This document shows, one piece after another, positions 38,149-52,085 of a DNA stretch of 64,000 nucleotides. This DNA is from Carcharhinus longimanus (Eukaryota): positions 39,952,659 through 40,016,658 of the forward strand of contig JASCQW010000146.1 in assembly GCA_030264375.1 (NCBI GenBank). Direction: 5' to 3'. The notes under the pieces are model-generated. The model did not search any database. It saw nothing but the letters and a program-made list of their open reading frames with translations, and was not told where the DNA came from. How positions within the stretch are numbered: the first letter of the stretch is position 1; each line of letters begins with the position of its first letter. A program made the position numbers and the translations under genes.

Positions 38149-38450
38149 GGCACAGCACAGTGGTTAGCACTACTGTCTCACATCGCCAGGGATCTGGATT
38201 CAATTCCTTGGGTGACTGTGTGGAGTTTGTACATTCTTCCTGTGTCATGGGCTCCTCTGGGTGTTCCTGTTTCCTCCCACACTCCAAAGATGTGCAGGTT
38301 AGGTTGATTAGCTATGGTAAATTGCCCTTAGTGCCAGGGGGACTAAAAGGGTAAATAGGGGGTTAGGGCCTGCGGGGGATTGTTGCTGGTGCAGGCTCAA
38401 TGGCTGACTGGCCATCTTCCACACTGTAAGGATTCTGAGAGACTTCTATG
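38149..38450 (+). mobile_element. HE1-like V-SINE inserted in a Deu-type SINE
   Basis: Same head, core and tail as other copies. Host SINE visible at ~38050-38148 and ~38455-38680. Confidence 0.85.
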
Positions 38451-39599
38451 AGACAATTTCAAAATACAGCAGGACTTCTGTCCTGACTAATATTAATTTT
38501 GCAATCTCTCCTGCTAAAACAGAATAGCTGGTCATTATCATAACTTACTTATGAGAGCCGTTGTGTGTCCCATTTCCTACACTTTAATAGTGACTACACC
38601 TCAAAAGCACGTCACCTGGTGTAAAGTGCTTTAAGGTACCCTGAGCTTACGAAAGGCACTATCTAAATGGAAGCCTTTCTCAGTTCTCTATCTTTTAGAG
38701 AAACATGTGAAGAGGCAGCAATTTCATCATAGCACCCAGGTGGCTTTTTAGGAGCTAGTACTGCAGTTTAGCCAAGCTCTGGCAGGATTAAAATACATCC
38801 TTGGTAAATGCTGCCAACCATGAGTAACTGCACATTAACACAAGAATTTCAGAACAGGTTACACGGACATAAATCTTCTATTCTGGGATGAGGTGTGAAA
38901 GCCCAGCTTCGCAGGGATGAGGCGCAACAGAGTCGTGCATCTCAGGAGGATTAAGAATTCAAAATGCCTGCAGCTGTTCCCCCAGCCAGCCGGCACACAG
39001 AAGAATAATCGCTTCTGAATATTTACAGCTATGTGTCCCAGGTTATATTTCCGGATTATCAAGCTCCCAATTTCAAAGTCACAGTCCCCCCAACAGACAG
39101 CTGTACCGCAAGCTGAGAGCACTGTCACCTGTTTAGTTCATCAAGTCCCTGACGTACCAATAGAAACAATAGGTCCGATTATTCAATAGCCTAAATAGCC
39201 CCTTAAAGGAGACATGCTCAGACTTACTGGTCATCAAGTCAGTATGGTCAATGGCAATGTGAAACCCTCAACAAAAACCAGCACTGAGACCTAGATAACA
39301 CCCAAGATGCACACTTGCTAAATGAAACACTGAGCCAATGTCTTTGCGCGAACACTGAACCCGAGGTTTATTATGGCCCCAGCTTAATGTAAATGTAGCA
39401 CCTACCCTATACAGTGCAGGAAGTGTTTGGCTAGTGCCCCAGATGTTCAGCAATAATCACAGAATGGGCACTTTGTATGAAGTTTTAAGTAACAATTTTA
39501 CTTTTCTTCTGATTAATCCTTCCCTAAGGAGGCCAACTCTTCATTGAATCTTGGGCCTCACGGTGAAGAAGCTGACCTGTGTTTTCATGCAATCATACA

Positions 39600-40880
39600 G
39601 GAAAGAGGGTATGCAAACATGGGTATTTTTCTTGGCAGGATCTGTGACAAGTGGTGTGGCCACAGGGATTAGTGCTGGGAACTCAACATTTTAAATTTAC
39701 ACAAATGAGTTGGATGAAGGAACTGAAGGTATTTGCTGATGACACAAAGATAGGTAAGAAATAAAATGTGAAGACGACACAAAGAGGTTACAAAGAGATA
39801 CAGATAGGTTAAATGAGTGGGCAAAGATCCGGAAAATGGAGTATAATGTAGGCAAGTGTGAAATTGTCCACTTTGGGAGGAAAAATAAAGCAATTTTTGT
39901 AAATGGGGTGAGATTGCAGAGCTGAGCTGCAGAAGAATCTACATGTCTGAGTGCACGATTGCAAAAGGCTAGCATGCCAGTGCAGTAATTATCAGAACCC
40001 CTACTGTGCACGAGGCGGCCATTTGGCCGATTAAGTCTGCACCGACCACAATCCCATCCAGGTCCCATTCTCATCATCGCACTCATTTACACTGATACTC
40101 AGGGATAATTTTAGCATGATAAATCATCTTTGGAGTGTGGGAGGAAATGGGAGCGTCCGAAGTAAACCCACACAGACACAGGGACAACGTGCAAACTCCA
40201 CACAGACAGTGACCTGAGGCTGGAACTGATCCCGGATCCCTGGTGTTGTGAGGCAGCAATGTTAACCACTGTGCCATTAGGAAAGCTAGTACCATGTTAT
40301 AATTAATTCCAAGAAGAAATGGACACAAAAGTAGGGAGCTTATGCTTCAATTATACATGGCATTGGTGGCACCAATCTGGATGCAAATGCATTGAAAGCA
40401 ATTCAGAGTGACCCAATACCTGGACTGGGTGCATTGTCTTATGAGGAAAGACTAGGTTGGTATCCATTGGAGTTTAGAAGAATAAGAGGCAACGTCATCA
40501 AAACATACAAGATCCTGAGGGATTTCTGACTGGGTCAATATGGAAAGGATGTTTATTTTTATGGGAGAATCTGGTTTGGAGCCATGGCTTAAAAGTAGTG
40601 TCACCCATTTGGGATAGAGATGGGGAGACTTTTTTTCTGAGTGGTGAGTCTTTGGAACTCTCTTCATCATAAGGTGATGGGAGCACATCTTTGACTGCTT
40701 CAAATATCTTTTGAGGAAGAGAGTTCCAGATATTTTAAGGCAGAGACAAATAGATTTGTGATAAGCAAAGGGGTGTGGAGGAATGTTGACTTGAAGTTGT
40801 AATCAGATCAACTAAGATCACACTGAATGGCAGAGCAGGCACAAAGGGCTGAGTGGCTGGCTCCTGCTCCTAATGTAGGA
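39600..40880 (+). mobile_element. CR1 LINE RT to 3' end, interrupted by a SINE at 39993-40277
   Basis: TTTGCTGATGACACAAAGATAGG (FADDTKIG), AAGTGTGAAATTGTCCACTTTGG (KCE..HFG), 3' tail CTGAATGGCAGAGCAGGC. Confidence 0.85.
39993..40277 (-). mobile_element. HE1-like V-SINE inserted in a CR1 fragment
   Basis: Reverse-complement copy (GTGCAAACTCCACACAGACAGTGACC...AACCACTGTGCCA); CR1 sequence resumes on both sides. Confidence 0.88.
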
Positions 40881-40884
40881 TTGT

Positions 40885-41600
40885 AAACTAGTTGCTTTGT
40901 CCTGGACAGCGTCAAGCTTAGAGTGTTGTTGAAACTGCACTCATGCAGGCAAGTAGATAGTAGTCATCACACTTCTGATATGTGCTTTGTGGACAGTGGA
41001 CAAACCTTTAATTGTCAAGAGGTAAATTACTCGCTGCAGAATTCCCAGCCTCTGACCTGTTCTCGTAGCCAGTGTGTTTTAAGTATCTGGTCAATTAAGT
41101 TTCTGCTAGTAACATTCCCCAGGACAGTGGGGGACTCCACAGTGGTAATCTAATAAACATCAAGGGAAGTTGGTTAAATACTCTCTATGGAGATGGCCAA
41201 TGCCTGACATTCATTTGGTACAAATATTACTTGCACTTATCAGCTCAGTCTAGAGTGCTGTCCGGGTCTTGAGGACTGCTTCATTGTCTGAGGAGTTCTG
41301 AATGGAACTGAACACTGTGCAACGATCAGCAAGCATCCTTACTCTGACCTTATGATGAGGCAAGAGAGTCATTGATGAAGATGGCTGGACCCATATCACT
41401 TGCTGAGAAATGTCTGCAGTGATGTGGGTAGTGAACTGGCCTCCAAGAACCACATTCATCTTCAACTATACTAGATATGACTCCCATCAGCAGTGAGTTT
41501 TCACTCTCTTTCCCACTGACTTCAATTCTAAAGCTTCCCAAGTTCCACTGTTAAGGGCTGCCTGGATGTCAAGGGCAGTCACTCTGAACTCACTTCTGGT
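40885..41600 (-). mobile_element. Diverged CR1/L2-group LINE RT fragment
   Basis: ORF 41250..41465 LADRCTVFSSI (degenerate FADD..VF) and QPSSSMTLL (degenerate P..F..FINDL). Confidence 0.6.
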
Positions 41601-41784
41601 TATATATCTGGAAAAAGACCCCTTTTGTGAAGTAGCACTTTCCTGGGTATTTGCAAAGTGACACCACTAGCCAAAAAATGTTCTGAAAAACGAGTTCCCA
41701 CTCAAGTCAGCTTGTTTGTAATGAGGTGAGCAGCCGAGTGGCCCTGGATGAACCAAAACAAAGCATCAAAGAACAGATCAATGT

Positions 41785-41812
41785 TGTGTGTGTGTGTGTG
41801 TGTGTGTGTGTG
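41785..41812. repeat. (TG)14 microsatellite
   Basis: Direct reading. Confidence 0.95.
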
Positions 41813-42916
41813 GTGGTGGCGGGGGGAATACAAATTATTAGTAGAGACACTCCAGTTGCAGTCAGACATGACCAAGTAGAAACATGCATGGGCAGTGTTC
41901 TAGAACAGGTCAGCGAAGATGAGGCAAAGAAAAGAAGATGGTGCGGTCAATTGTGACTAAGGTTGTAGAAAGGGTGACAATGTCCAATGTCATTTGTGAC
42001 ACTGGCTAGAGCCATTTTGCTGCTCTGGAGACGTCAGAAGTGTGTGTATTCACTAATGATTGCACAGCATTTAGTTCCATTCACAATTCCTCAGACAATG
42101 TAGCCCACAAGACTTGGACAACATTCACGATTGAGCTATTATGTGGTGCAGTTTGCCACTTAAGTGCCAGTTTGGAAAGATTCAAACAAAGAGTTGCAAG
42201 GATCTAGAAGGGAACAATTAATTAAAGAGGGATTAATAAAATTGCTAAATATATGATGTAATATTGAAAGAGGACTTAAATTTATATCTCAATTCACTTT
42301 GTCCCTCAGAACCTCAGGCATAGTTAACAACTTCTAAAATGTAGTTACAATTATTTTAAAGGCAGTAATTTAATGGACAAGCAAGATTCTGCAAACAGCA
42401 CAAAGTAGTTAATTGCCTTTGATCATGGGAGCAATGTTGGCCAAGAACACTTCCTATTCTTTCATGAAACATGCCATGTGTAATTAACCAGCCACCTGAA
42501 TTGCTGAAATAGGTACAACCGGGTACAGCTGGCAAGGCACGTTTTTGGTATGCTTACATTAACAAATTCCTGTCATAAGACGGAACTCAAAACTCTGACT
42601 CAAAGGTGGGAATGTTACCAAACTGATTTCAGCTGATAACCTATACTCCTAGACCTTATAATATCAAACCATATCACTATGTAATAGCTACTGCAGTACA
42701 ATACATCTGCACATACCTCTGTATATTACTTTCCTTCATATAATAAAGCTGAAGTATAATTAGGGCTACAATATTTGCATTGTAACTATAATGTAATATT
42801 CGTCTTAAGCAATACCATGCAAGCTATATTCTTGTATAGAGCACCCTATTACGGTACTACAATATACAACCACACTCATATAGTGCCTTTAATGCAATGA
42901 TAATACTCCTCAAACT

Positions 42917-43221
42917 CAGAATCCCTACAGTGCAGGAGACCATTCGGCCCATCAAGTTTGCATTGACCACAAGCCCACCCAGGCCCTATCCCCATAACCC
43001 CTTGCATTTACCCTAACTAGTCTCGCTGACACTAAGGGGCAATTTATCATGGTCAATCAACCTATCCCGCACATCTTTTGAGTATGGGAGGAAATCGGGC
43101 ACCCGGAGGAAACCCAAACACGGGGAGAACGTGCAAACTCCACACAGATAGTGACCCTAGCCTCAAATCGAACCCGGATCCCTGGCGTTGTGAAGGAGCA
43201 GTGCTAACCACTGTGCCATCC
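42917..43221 (-). mobile_element. HE1-like V-SINE
   Basis: Near full-length reverse-complement copy from AGAATCCCTACAGTGCAG to GTGCTAACCACTGTGCC. Confidence 0.9.
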
Positions 43222-44506
43222 CTGTCAAGCATCTTGAAATGTAAAGATCATAAAACATAAGTACTACAAAATTTATTATAAAACACCGGCCACAAAGAGC
43301 TATTAAATGAAATGACAAAAGTTTAGTTTTAAAGGTCGATTTTAGGGAATGCCTTAAAAGAAGAATGCAAAATAGACACACTGAGAAATGTTGGGAGAGT
43401 ATTCCAAAGATTGGGACCTAGGCAAGTGACAGCAGAGCCAGCAATGATGGAGTGATTAAAATTGGGTATGCACAAGGAGTGAGCACAAAGATCGGAGGGC
43501 TGTAGGAGAGTACTGACTTAGGAGGGTGCAAGACCATGGAGGGAAATCAAAAAACTGCTTAACTGGGAGAAAATGTAGGTAGAGAGCGCAACATTGATAA
43601 GAGAAAGCAGCTTGTTGCGAGTTACTGCTGCAAAGTTTCAGATGATTTAAAGTTTACGTAGATGTGGAAGCAGTGTACTGGAACAGTAAAGGCTGGAGAT
43701 AAAGATGTGAACGACGGTTTTATGTTATATCCATGCATATATGACACTGTTACTGCATAAGATTTGTTGATAATATATAGTTACACAAGTTCTGTTAAGG
43801 TGTTACCGACTCTGTTACAGAGTTACAATGGGTCTGAATATACAATGGCCCTGAACATATACTAACAGTACAGAACTATAACACTGAATCTCCAGTACTG
43901 CTGTATATGGATTTAAGATAGAGCCTTCATACATATTTAGAAGTCAGCTCAAGAAACCTACTGAGTCTCTAAATTTAGTGACTGTCAAATCCCAAATTCA
44001 GTATGCTGGTATTCCAATGAGCTGCGCATGGAGGTGAAGTGTCATTTTTACAGTATGTTAAAGCATGCCACGAAACGCTGGGGACATTATTCAGGGTAGC
44101 ACATCACAATTACACAACAATTCAATCAGTCATGGAACGTTTAACCCCGATTAGAGTATCAAGCCTTGGGTAATCAGAGCAGAAGCCAATTAAACCCATG
44201 ACAGGTCACTCAATGGGCTTATTTACTATATTGGTATCAACCACAATGAGGAAAATCAAAGTTAAACCAATAGGCAAATAGCATGAAATGCCTGATGGCA
44301 GTGAGCAATTCAAATCACACTAGGACGTATTGACAAGTTAATACTGAGCCAAATGACATAAACCTGCCACTTTATAAATCATTGGTGCAATCATACTAAC
44401 TACATACAGATCTGGTTGCCAGAGTACACAGAGAAGAGCTACTTTCAAAGTATGACCACACAGTTCATAATATTCAATACACTTGTACTGAGCATGAAAA
44501 TTATAA

Positions 44507-44646
44507 CATTTTAAGTTTTTGTTTGGCAAGCAACACAAAACACTTGGAAAGAGCAGCTCTGAAGAATTCAAAAATGGTGCAATTAGAGTTTGAAAGACTA
44601 AGTTGCAGCATTTTAAGTTTTTGTTTGGCAAGCAACTCAAAACACT
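44507..44646. repeat. 38-bp direct repeat, two copies 102 bp apart
   Basis: CATTTTAAGTTTTTGTTTGGCAAGCAAC(A/T)CAAAACACT at 44507-44544 and 44609-44646. Confidence 0.9.
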
Positions 44647-45539
44647 AATACAGCATAAACTTCACAGCAAAAAAATGTTGCAAAGTGATAGGATTGGTAC
44701 TGTTGGAACCTAAAAGGGATTAACGTCATAGGATGACAACAGAATAGGAGAGCACTTGACCAAAAGTGCCTGCAGCTGCACTTTGAAAAGAGTACCTCGG
44801 TTAGTACAATAGCCATACTTTGGTCATGGTGCTCACATACAGCTCTGTAATTTCTTTCCTTTCAAAGGAAAATTGGATAAATATGTGAAGGCAATTATTA
44901 AACACGCTTCTACCAGCCTTTTGGACAATGCACTCCAGATTGCAACAGTTACGTTCCATTTGGATATTCCAATTTTCAGAGTCAATGTCTTTTCCAAAGT
45001 GTGTACATGCAGTAAAGTGTAAGGTATAATGCAGGTTGCTTATGGTGTCCCATTTAAAATAACGTCTTTAAAAAATCAAGATACTGTGCATTGAAACAAA
45101 CAGGCCATGCACAAACACATTACAAACAGTAATGAATACAGTTGTAACAGCAATTTGAGACATGACTTGGTAAGTGTTGCATGCGTGGGAGTTAAAAATG
45201 GAACACTGAACCACTGGTTTCCTTAGTACTCCATCACTTGAGTTACATAAGGTTTGTTGTACTCAGTTGATAAGAGACTAATTGTTACGATTCATCAACA
45301 ATTTCCCATTGCTTTTCCCCATAGTAATAGCTTAGCCAATCAGAAACAACTTGCTAAACGATCAGCACCTTTTCCTCCTGTTGTATGAATCATGGTTGTT
45401 CAAAATTTGGTGTTCTTGTGCTTGCCCTGGTGAGTGGAAGGCAAAAAGCTTTAGCAACATCTGCTTTCAGCCACTTCATTATCATATGACCACTAGGCTC
45501 ATACAAGTTGAACATGATAGATTTGAACTTTCTTCATTT

Positions 45540-46150
45540 GGCAATTCTGGTCTGATTTCTGTTGCTGATCAATGACAGGTCTGCAATCCCACCCTGGTGA
45601 TCAGTGGCATTTATCTCCACACAGTCCACGTTTGGAAAGCCAGGATTTCCAATTGTAACCATTTGGTGCGCTTCACTGTTGCAATGGACACAAGAGCTTC
45701 CTCTTCCTAATGATGTTACCAATGGTGCATCAGGGAAGAAACAAGAGCACTCATTTTGAACCAAACCTCAATTTTGGCATGGCATCCATAATCCACTCAA
45801 CATGCTCCATCTTGCTTGTGGAGATGTCCTTTCTTACATTGAGGGCCACATGCAGTTATATGCTGGAGTCTGATTGAGAGTTTCAGATTGTTTCCACATT
45901 CTGGCTGTTATTCTATGTGTAGACCATCTGAACCAGACTCTAGCCAGTAATTCGCTGCTACCTACAGTACTGTACACTGGAAAGTATGTCTCTAAGCATG
46001 AATGAAAATGTAGAGTTATGACAAGCCACTGCATTTACTGACCATATTGGGTGCTTTCAATATCTCAATGACAGGTTTGCGGGCTGTAAGCTAGTAGTTC
46101 ACTTCAGGTCTCTGTGCACATATTGTCACAAACCATGCTGATGTTATCTG
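45540..46150 (-). mobile_element. Possible very old RTE-like LINE remnant
   Basis: Only faint frameshifted motifs (e.g. TIGNIIRKRKL) in the order expected for an RTE C-terminus. Confidence 0.25.
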
Positions 46151-48040
46151 CAAGGTGAGACACCAGTTCATGGTGGTGTAGAGGTTTGTTCTGAAATGGT
46201 GTGAGGAGTCACATGAAACCATCCTTGAGAATTATCAGCCCAGTTGCAGTGTTACACTTATTAAAGGCTATCCATTACATTAAAGAAAAGGCAAATAATA
46301 AACATACACTTTTATTTACAAATTGCCCACTGTTCCAGACTACATCCTTGATACCTGAAATCTATGACTTCCCCATTACCTAAACAACATCCAAATTAAA
46401 TAAATTGAAGTCAAACCCAGCTTATTGTTACCACACAATACCAGGTGGATGATCTAGGAAGCATCTTTGCCTGGTCCAGCGAAGATATTTTAACTGTCAC
46501 TGACAGGAACCATCCACATTTGGACAGGCAAGATCCACTTGAACTTTTTGCACCAAGAAATTAGCCTCCTCTCAGCACTGTTCCAATGGTGCAGTACAAG
46601 TGTGAGGAAAATGCCTGGCAGATTATTATGGAGACATAATATTGTGGCATCCACATGAAGACAAGTCACCAGACATCATCTAACTTACAAAACAAAGCCA
46701 ACTTCACTCTGTTTCTGACTCATGCTGTTGCGTCCAAACATTAAGACCAATAGAGAATAGAGTAGTCTCAGTACATTGAACACAGTATATTGAAAATGAA
46801 TCTTCTAAACTTTACTGCAGCAACAACATCAGAAACAAATCTCTGATAACTAATAATTACCTTTCAGAGACGCTCCCAAAATTTAAAACATCCTGGCTAA
46901 TGACAATGAGCACTCACTCAGAAGTATTTCACTTTTTCACAAAAACCGCTATCCGGTTTCAAGCTCGCATGTTTAATCATAAGGAATGTCGAGGACTGTT
47001 GATTTTAGCATACATGCACTTTGATTTCTAACTCACTTTTTATTATTAGCCACAATAACCCACCACAGCTCAATCTCCCGAGGCAGCTGCAATCATTCCT
47101 ATCAAATATTCTGCTCTTCTCGGCGAAGCAGTTTATTTCTGAGCCTCATGGATTACACAAACATTCTGGGCCTGGTGATAACAGGCATTGCAAGCACCTC
47201 ACAGCCTTTGATTACTTCTGATGCCATGGAAACCGCACGAATGTGACATGAATGGAAGGGAACATTTCAGGCAATGAAGTACGGACCAAACAGGATCAGC
47301 TGTCCCTTATTTTTTAACACCTGTCCATCAATGTCAAGTCCAGTGAGTGTGGGCAAGCAAGAAACGCTCTGCATTAATTCATCTCTCCCTTCAACCCCAG
47401 TGAAATGGATTATTATGAATTAAAGTAACATAGAATTGCATGAATGCTACAAGGTGCTGTTAAAGAGTTTGTATTTATACAGCACCATTCAAAACCTCAG
47501 GCCATTCCAAATTATTTTACAGCCAATTGATTACCTAATTTTAGGGAAGCACGGCAGCCAATATGACAATGACCTGAAGGAACTTTTTTTTTGTAAATGG
47601 TAGTTGGTTGAAGGAGAAATATTAGCCAGAAATAAAACACTGCCAGCGAGAATTCTGGTACTGACCAGATCATTTTCAGGGAGGGTGGAGACCCCTTCAA
47701 CCAGAAAAGGCACTGGCCAATGTCATAGCAGGGACAGATGACATGACTTCTTTTGACTGTGGGCAAGCAAAGAGCTTAACCACTCCAAGGGTATCACTGC
47801 ACTGCTGACCTAGCATCAGAAAATTAAAAGCAGCCAACATGGAACATGCACATGTGATGCTGATTCAGTCAACAAACTAGAAGTTACAATTCTAGCATCC
47901 AGCAGCTAGCATACCTTAGATACACACAGAGTTCACAATAATACATTTTATATTCTGCTGAAAAGGGTAAGTCACTGCAGTATCAAGCGCTAAATGCAGT
48001 TTAATGTACTCCACAGACAAATGTACTCAAGGATACAATC

Positions 48041-48324
48041 AAAGTTTATACAGTTTATTTATTGTCACAAGTGGGCTTACATTAACACTGCAATGAAGTT
48101 ATGTGAAAATCCACTGGTCACTACACTGCAGCGTCTGTTTGGGTCAACTGAGGGGGAATTCAGCATGGCCAATGTACCTAACCAGCACGTCTCTTGGACT
48201 ATAGGAGGAAACCAAAGCACCCAGAGGAAACCCATGCAGGAACGGGGAGAACGTGCAAAATCCGCAGTGACCCACGCTGAGTCCCTGGCATTGAGAGGCA
48301 GCAGCGCGAACCACTGAGCCGCCT
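48041..48324 (-). mobile_element. V-domain SINE, tail type B
   Basis: Tail TTTATTTATTGTCACAAGTGGGCTTACATTAACACTGCAATGAAGTTA is the reverse complement of the tail at ~12190-12257. Confidence 0.85.
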
Positions 48325-51300
48325 TCCACAATCTACAGAATCTTGAAAGATGACAAGCAATGCACCCACTATTTCTGAGGCTTCAAATATTCTGGGATGT
48401 AGATTATCATGCTCTGGGGATTTATTGCCTTCAATCCATCAATTTCCCCAACACAATTTCTCTACTAACACTAAATACAGAAACATAGAGGTACGCTGCT
48501 AATCTGAAAAATCTTTAATAACTTACCCAACCTGACAGCAGTTGAAATTATAATCTGGTTACTGCATTCAGGTTTAACAAGAAAAATTTCAAATTCACTA
48601 ATCAATTTATTTTCAAATCAAAGGCACAGTTTTGGAGGAAAAAAATTTGTCCCAGCTTATGCAAACATATACATGGCAGAGTGTGAAAAATGTACTTGTG
48701 CGTGTTAAAATAGATATTTAGATGACATATGGGGCATTTGAACTCAAACGCAAGTGGAGAAATTCATCAATCTCTTCAGTAATCATCACCCAACCATTAA
48801 ACTTCAAGCCACAACACACATGGGAAGCATTAATTTCCTAGACACCACAGAATTTAAACTGACACTGAAAGCATTCTGCCAAAATATCTGATGCGCACAT
48901 GTACACACACACACACACCTCCACAGACAGAAAGCCATTACCTAAACATACCTTCCACAGACACTGGACAACAGGAAGGGAGCATGTGAAAGGGCAGTGT
49001 TACAAACACTTGCACGGGAAGGTGCCTTAAATAGAAGTTTAGGAACTTTATATGTCCTACTTTAATAAAAGCAATTGCATTGTAGAATTGATCTGCATCA
49101 AGTGGTCTTACTGCAAAGCTTCACTGTCCATAGACAAGTTCATGTTGCTGTTGACAGCCAGTGTCTGTTCCTTCTCTCCTTGGAAAACGGTTTTGAAAAT
49201 GTAGCATCTGACAGAGTTTATAGAAAATCCTGATAGTTATGATCACCCACCATCAAACAGACACAATCTAAGATTCTGTGTCAAATGAAACCCTAACTGG
49301 ATATTGATAGTCATTGGTTTTATTGGGAACTGCTCATCTCAAAGTGCTCAAGTGTTTGGTAAATAGGAACAGACTGCTCATTGGATCAGATCAAAGAAAA
49401 TTTATGATTCTGATCTTCAAAATTTACATTCAAAACCCATTGGCAACTTCACTACATAAGCTGAGGTCAGCTCAGAATGGTAGCTGAGTCTGTGAGGATT
49501 AACCAGCAGTTAAGAATGCAAACCTGGGCAAACGTATCAACTTTAATTTGGTATATGTAATTAATGAGTTGATCAAATTCCATTGCTGTACTTCCCATCA
49601 CCTCCCACCGCATCCCTCTCAAATATTGCGACCCAGACAAAAGTGCTATGAACTGAACCACAGTTGATCCCATGGTCTGCCTTGCGGCTTTCAGGGCCTA
49701 AATAGTCAAGTGCAAATTTCTTCTTGGGAGAATTGGTTTGCTTTTGGAACTGTGTTATGCTATGATCACGAGATAAAATTGTTGGAAGCTTAGCAATAAA
49801 TAATTCAAATCCCTCACTCAACATGCACCACACTACAGGCCAAGCAGAGAACTGCACAAAGGTTATGCAAATTCTGACTCTTAATTTCACAAGGGAAAGC
49901 AGGTATGGGCAATGAATGCTGGCCTTACCCAGCAACACACACATCCCAAAAATAGTGAACACTGCCTTTCTGATGCCACGGAAACTTTTCCATCATATAA
50001 TGCTTAACTTGCTCCCACTGCAGCTGAAAAGCACAGATTAATTTAAGGGGACGCATTAGAGGGAAATGGAGGATATGCTGATAGGATTAGAGGAATTAGG
50101 ACAAGAGGTGGTTTGAACAGAATATAAATACCATTACAAACTAGTGGGCTCAATGAGCTGCCTCTATGCTGTTAATTCTATGTGACTCGATTCATTCAAA
50201 GGATATNNNNNNNNNNGTAAACACATAAATAGCATGAAACAGAACAGAAAAGCAGCCAGATAATGTGATTCAATTGAACAATTACAAGTCAAAAGTAACG
50301 TTCTCCAAATGTTTTAAACCAAAGACTATTAAACAGACCAAGATGTAACATCTCCATTAACCACTAATATTGACAAGGTCTATTACAGACTTGTCTCTAT
50401 TGACTCTAAATTTTCTCTCCTCGCTCTCTCATGCACTGCTAGACTAACCAGAAGATTATTCTGCACCCCAGAAACCAGAAGCTTGCAGCTTCAATCTACG
50501 TCTGTACTGTGCTGGCAAATCTGATATGCCTAAAACAGGATAGAAAATAAACAGTCCTAGCATCTGCATTACCAATTGATGCCCATGGCCATTTCCCCTG
50601 GACTAGGAAATACAAGTGTGGGGATAGGGGTCCATGATAGAATGTAGCTCACCATATTACCCACCCTCCCCTTCAATTAGACAACTTTAAAACAATCACC
50701 AACAAAACTCAAATGAAAAGCAGCAATCAGATGAGGCTCAGTTGAACATTTTAATGGAAGTCACAGCACTGAACTTTTCACATACAATAACGCATTAACT
50801 GTGTCTTGTGCTCTTCAGACTCACTTGCTCAAAAGACTATTAATGTTAAACTCTGAGCAAGAAGTCACTTACTGCCAGCATGGCATAGCCACAGCAATGG
50901 ACTGTGGACAATAAATTCCCTACAAACTGTATGTGTGCAGGTCTCATTGCCTTCAAACAAAGCAATTTTCTCATTCCACCCTTAACCCCCAAAATTAAAG
51001 ATTATCCTGTGGATGATGCCACATTCTGCATCTGGGTGTGAAACAACTAGAATGGACACCACTGGCCAAACAGCTTTTCCTTCACTTTACCTACTGTACA
51101 CAAACAGAACTCAAAAGCTCTATTTACAAAAGCCACATGTGTACAAATATGGTCTCGTTTGTCCTCCAATGAGGTCAGGAACCTGCACACGTCCCCACTC
51201 CAAGTAGTGTGGGCACCATCTGTTCGCTTTATCGCAATCAGAAATAACCCAACCATAACAAGCAAATTATTGGTCTCTGAATTCTCAGTTAACTAAAAAC

Positions 51301-51775
51301 AAAGATATTTATGGTAGGTGGCACCATCCTCCCTTACGTCCAGCCTCACCCGTGTAGTCCAACAGATGGCATCTTCCTGTGCAGTTTTCGATCTCTCTTC
51401 CTAGCTCAAATTCAGTCTTTTTTCCAGTCCATCAATGTCATTACATTAATTGCCCCACTGCAATTTCCTATTCTTTTCTCAGCACACTGATCATCTTCAT
51501 CCCAAGTCTGAATCTTCACTGTGTTGAAATCATTACAGAGAATACCTAACACAGAAACCGCATATTCAGCTCAAATGGCCTATGCTCCACTTAAGACTCT
51601 TCCATTCCCATTTCAACTAATAATCCTTAATACATTTGTCCCTATTACACTTTGCTAATTTTCTCAACTGCACCTCTGCTAGTGTTTCAACTACTGCCAC
51701 ATTCTCACCACTCTGAGGAAGTTCCGTCTGAATCCATGATTCGGATTTTTTGGTGACCACTTTAGGTATTTTTTT

Positions 51776-52085
51776 AAATTAATTTGTGGGACATGGGCAT
51801 TGCTGGCAGGCCAGCATTTAATGCCCATCCCTAGTTGCCCAAGGGCAGCTGAGAATCAACCACATTGCTGTGGCTCTGAGGTCACATGTAAGCCAGACCA
51901 GCTAAAGACAGCAAATTTCCTTCCCTAAAGGAAATCGGTGAACCAACTGGGTTTTTCCGACAATTGATAATGATTTCATGGTCATCAATAGATTCGTAAT
52001 ACCAAATTTTTTTTTGAATTCAAATTCCACCATCTGCTGTGTCAGGATTTGAATCTGGGTCCCCAGAACATTACAATCCCTGGTT
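51776..52085 (-). mobile_element. tRNA-derived SINE, third family
   Basis: GGCCAGCATTTAATGCCCATCCCTAGTTGCCC tail, core as above, GGATTTGAA.CTGGGTCCCCAG B-box region. Confidence 0.8.

Noticed and set aside
44507-44646. CRISPR-like repeat-spacer-repeat
   Set aside because: Only two copies, vertebrate intron context, no cas genes.
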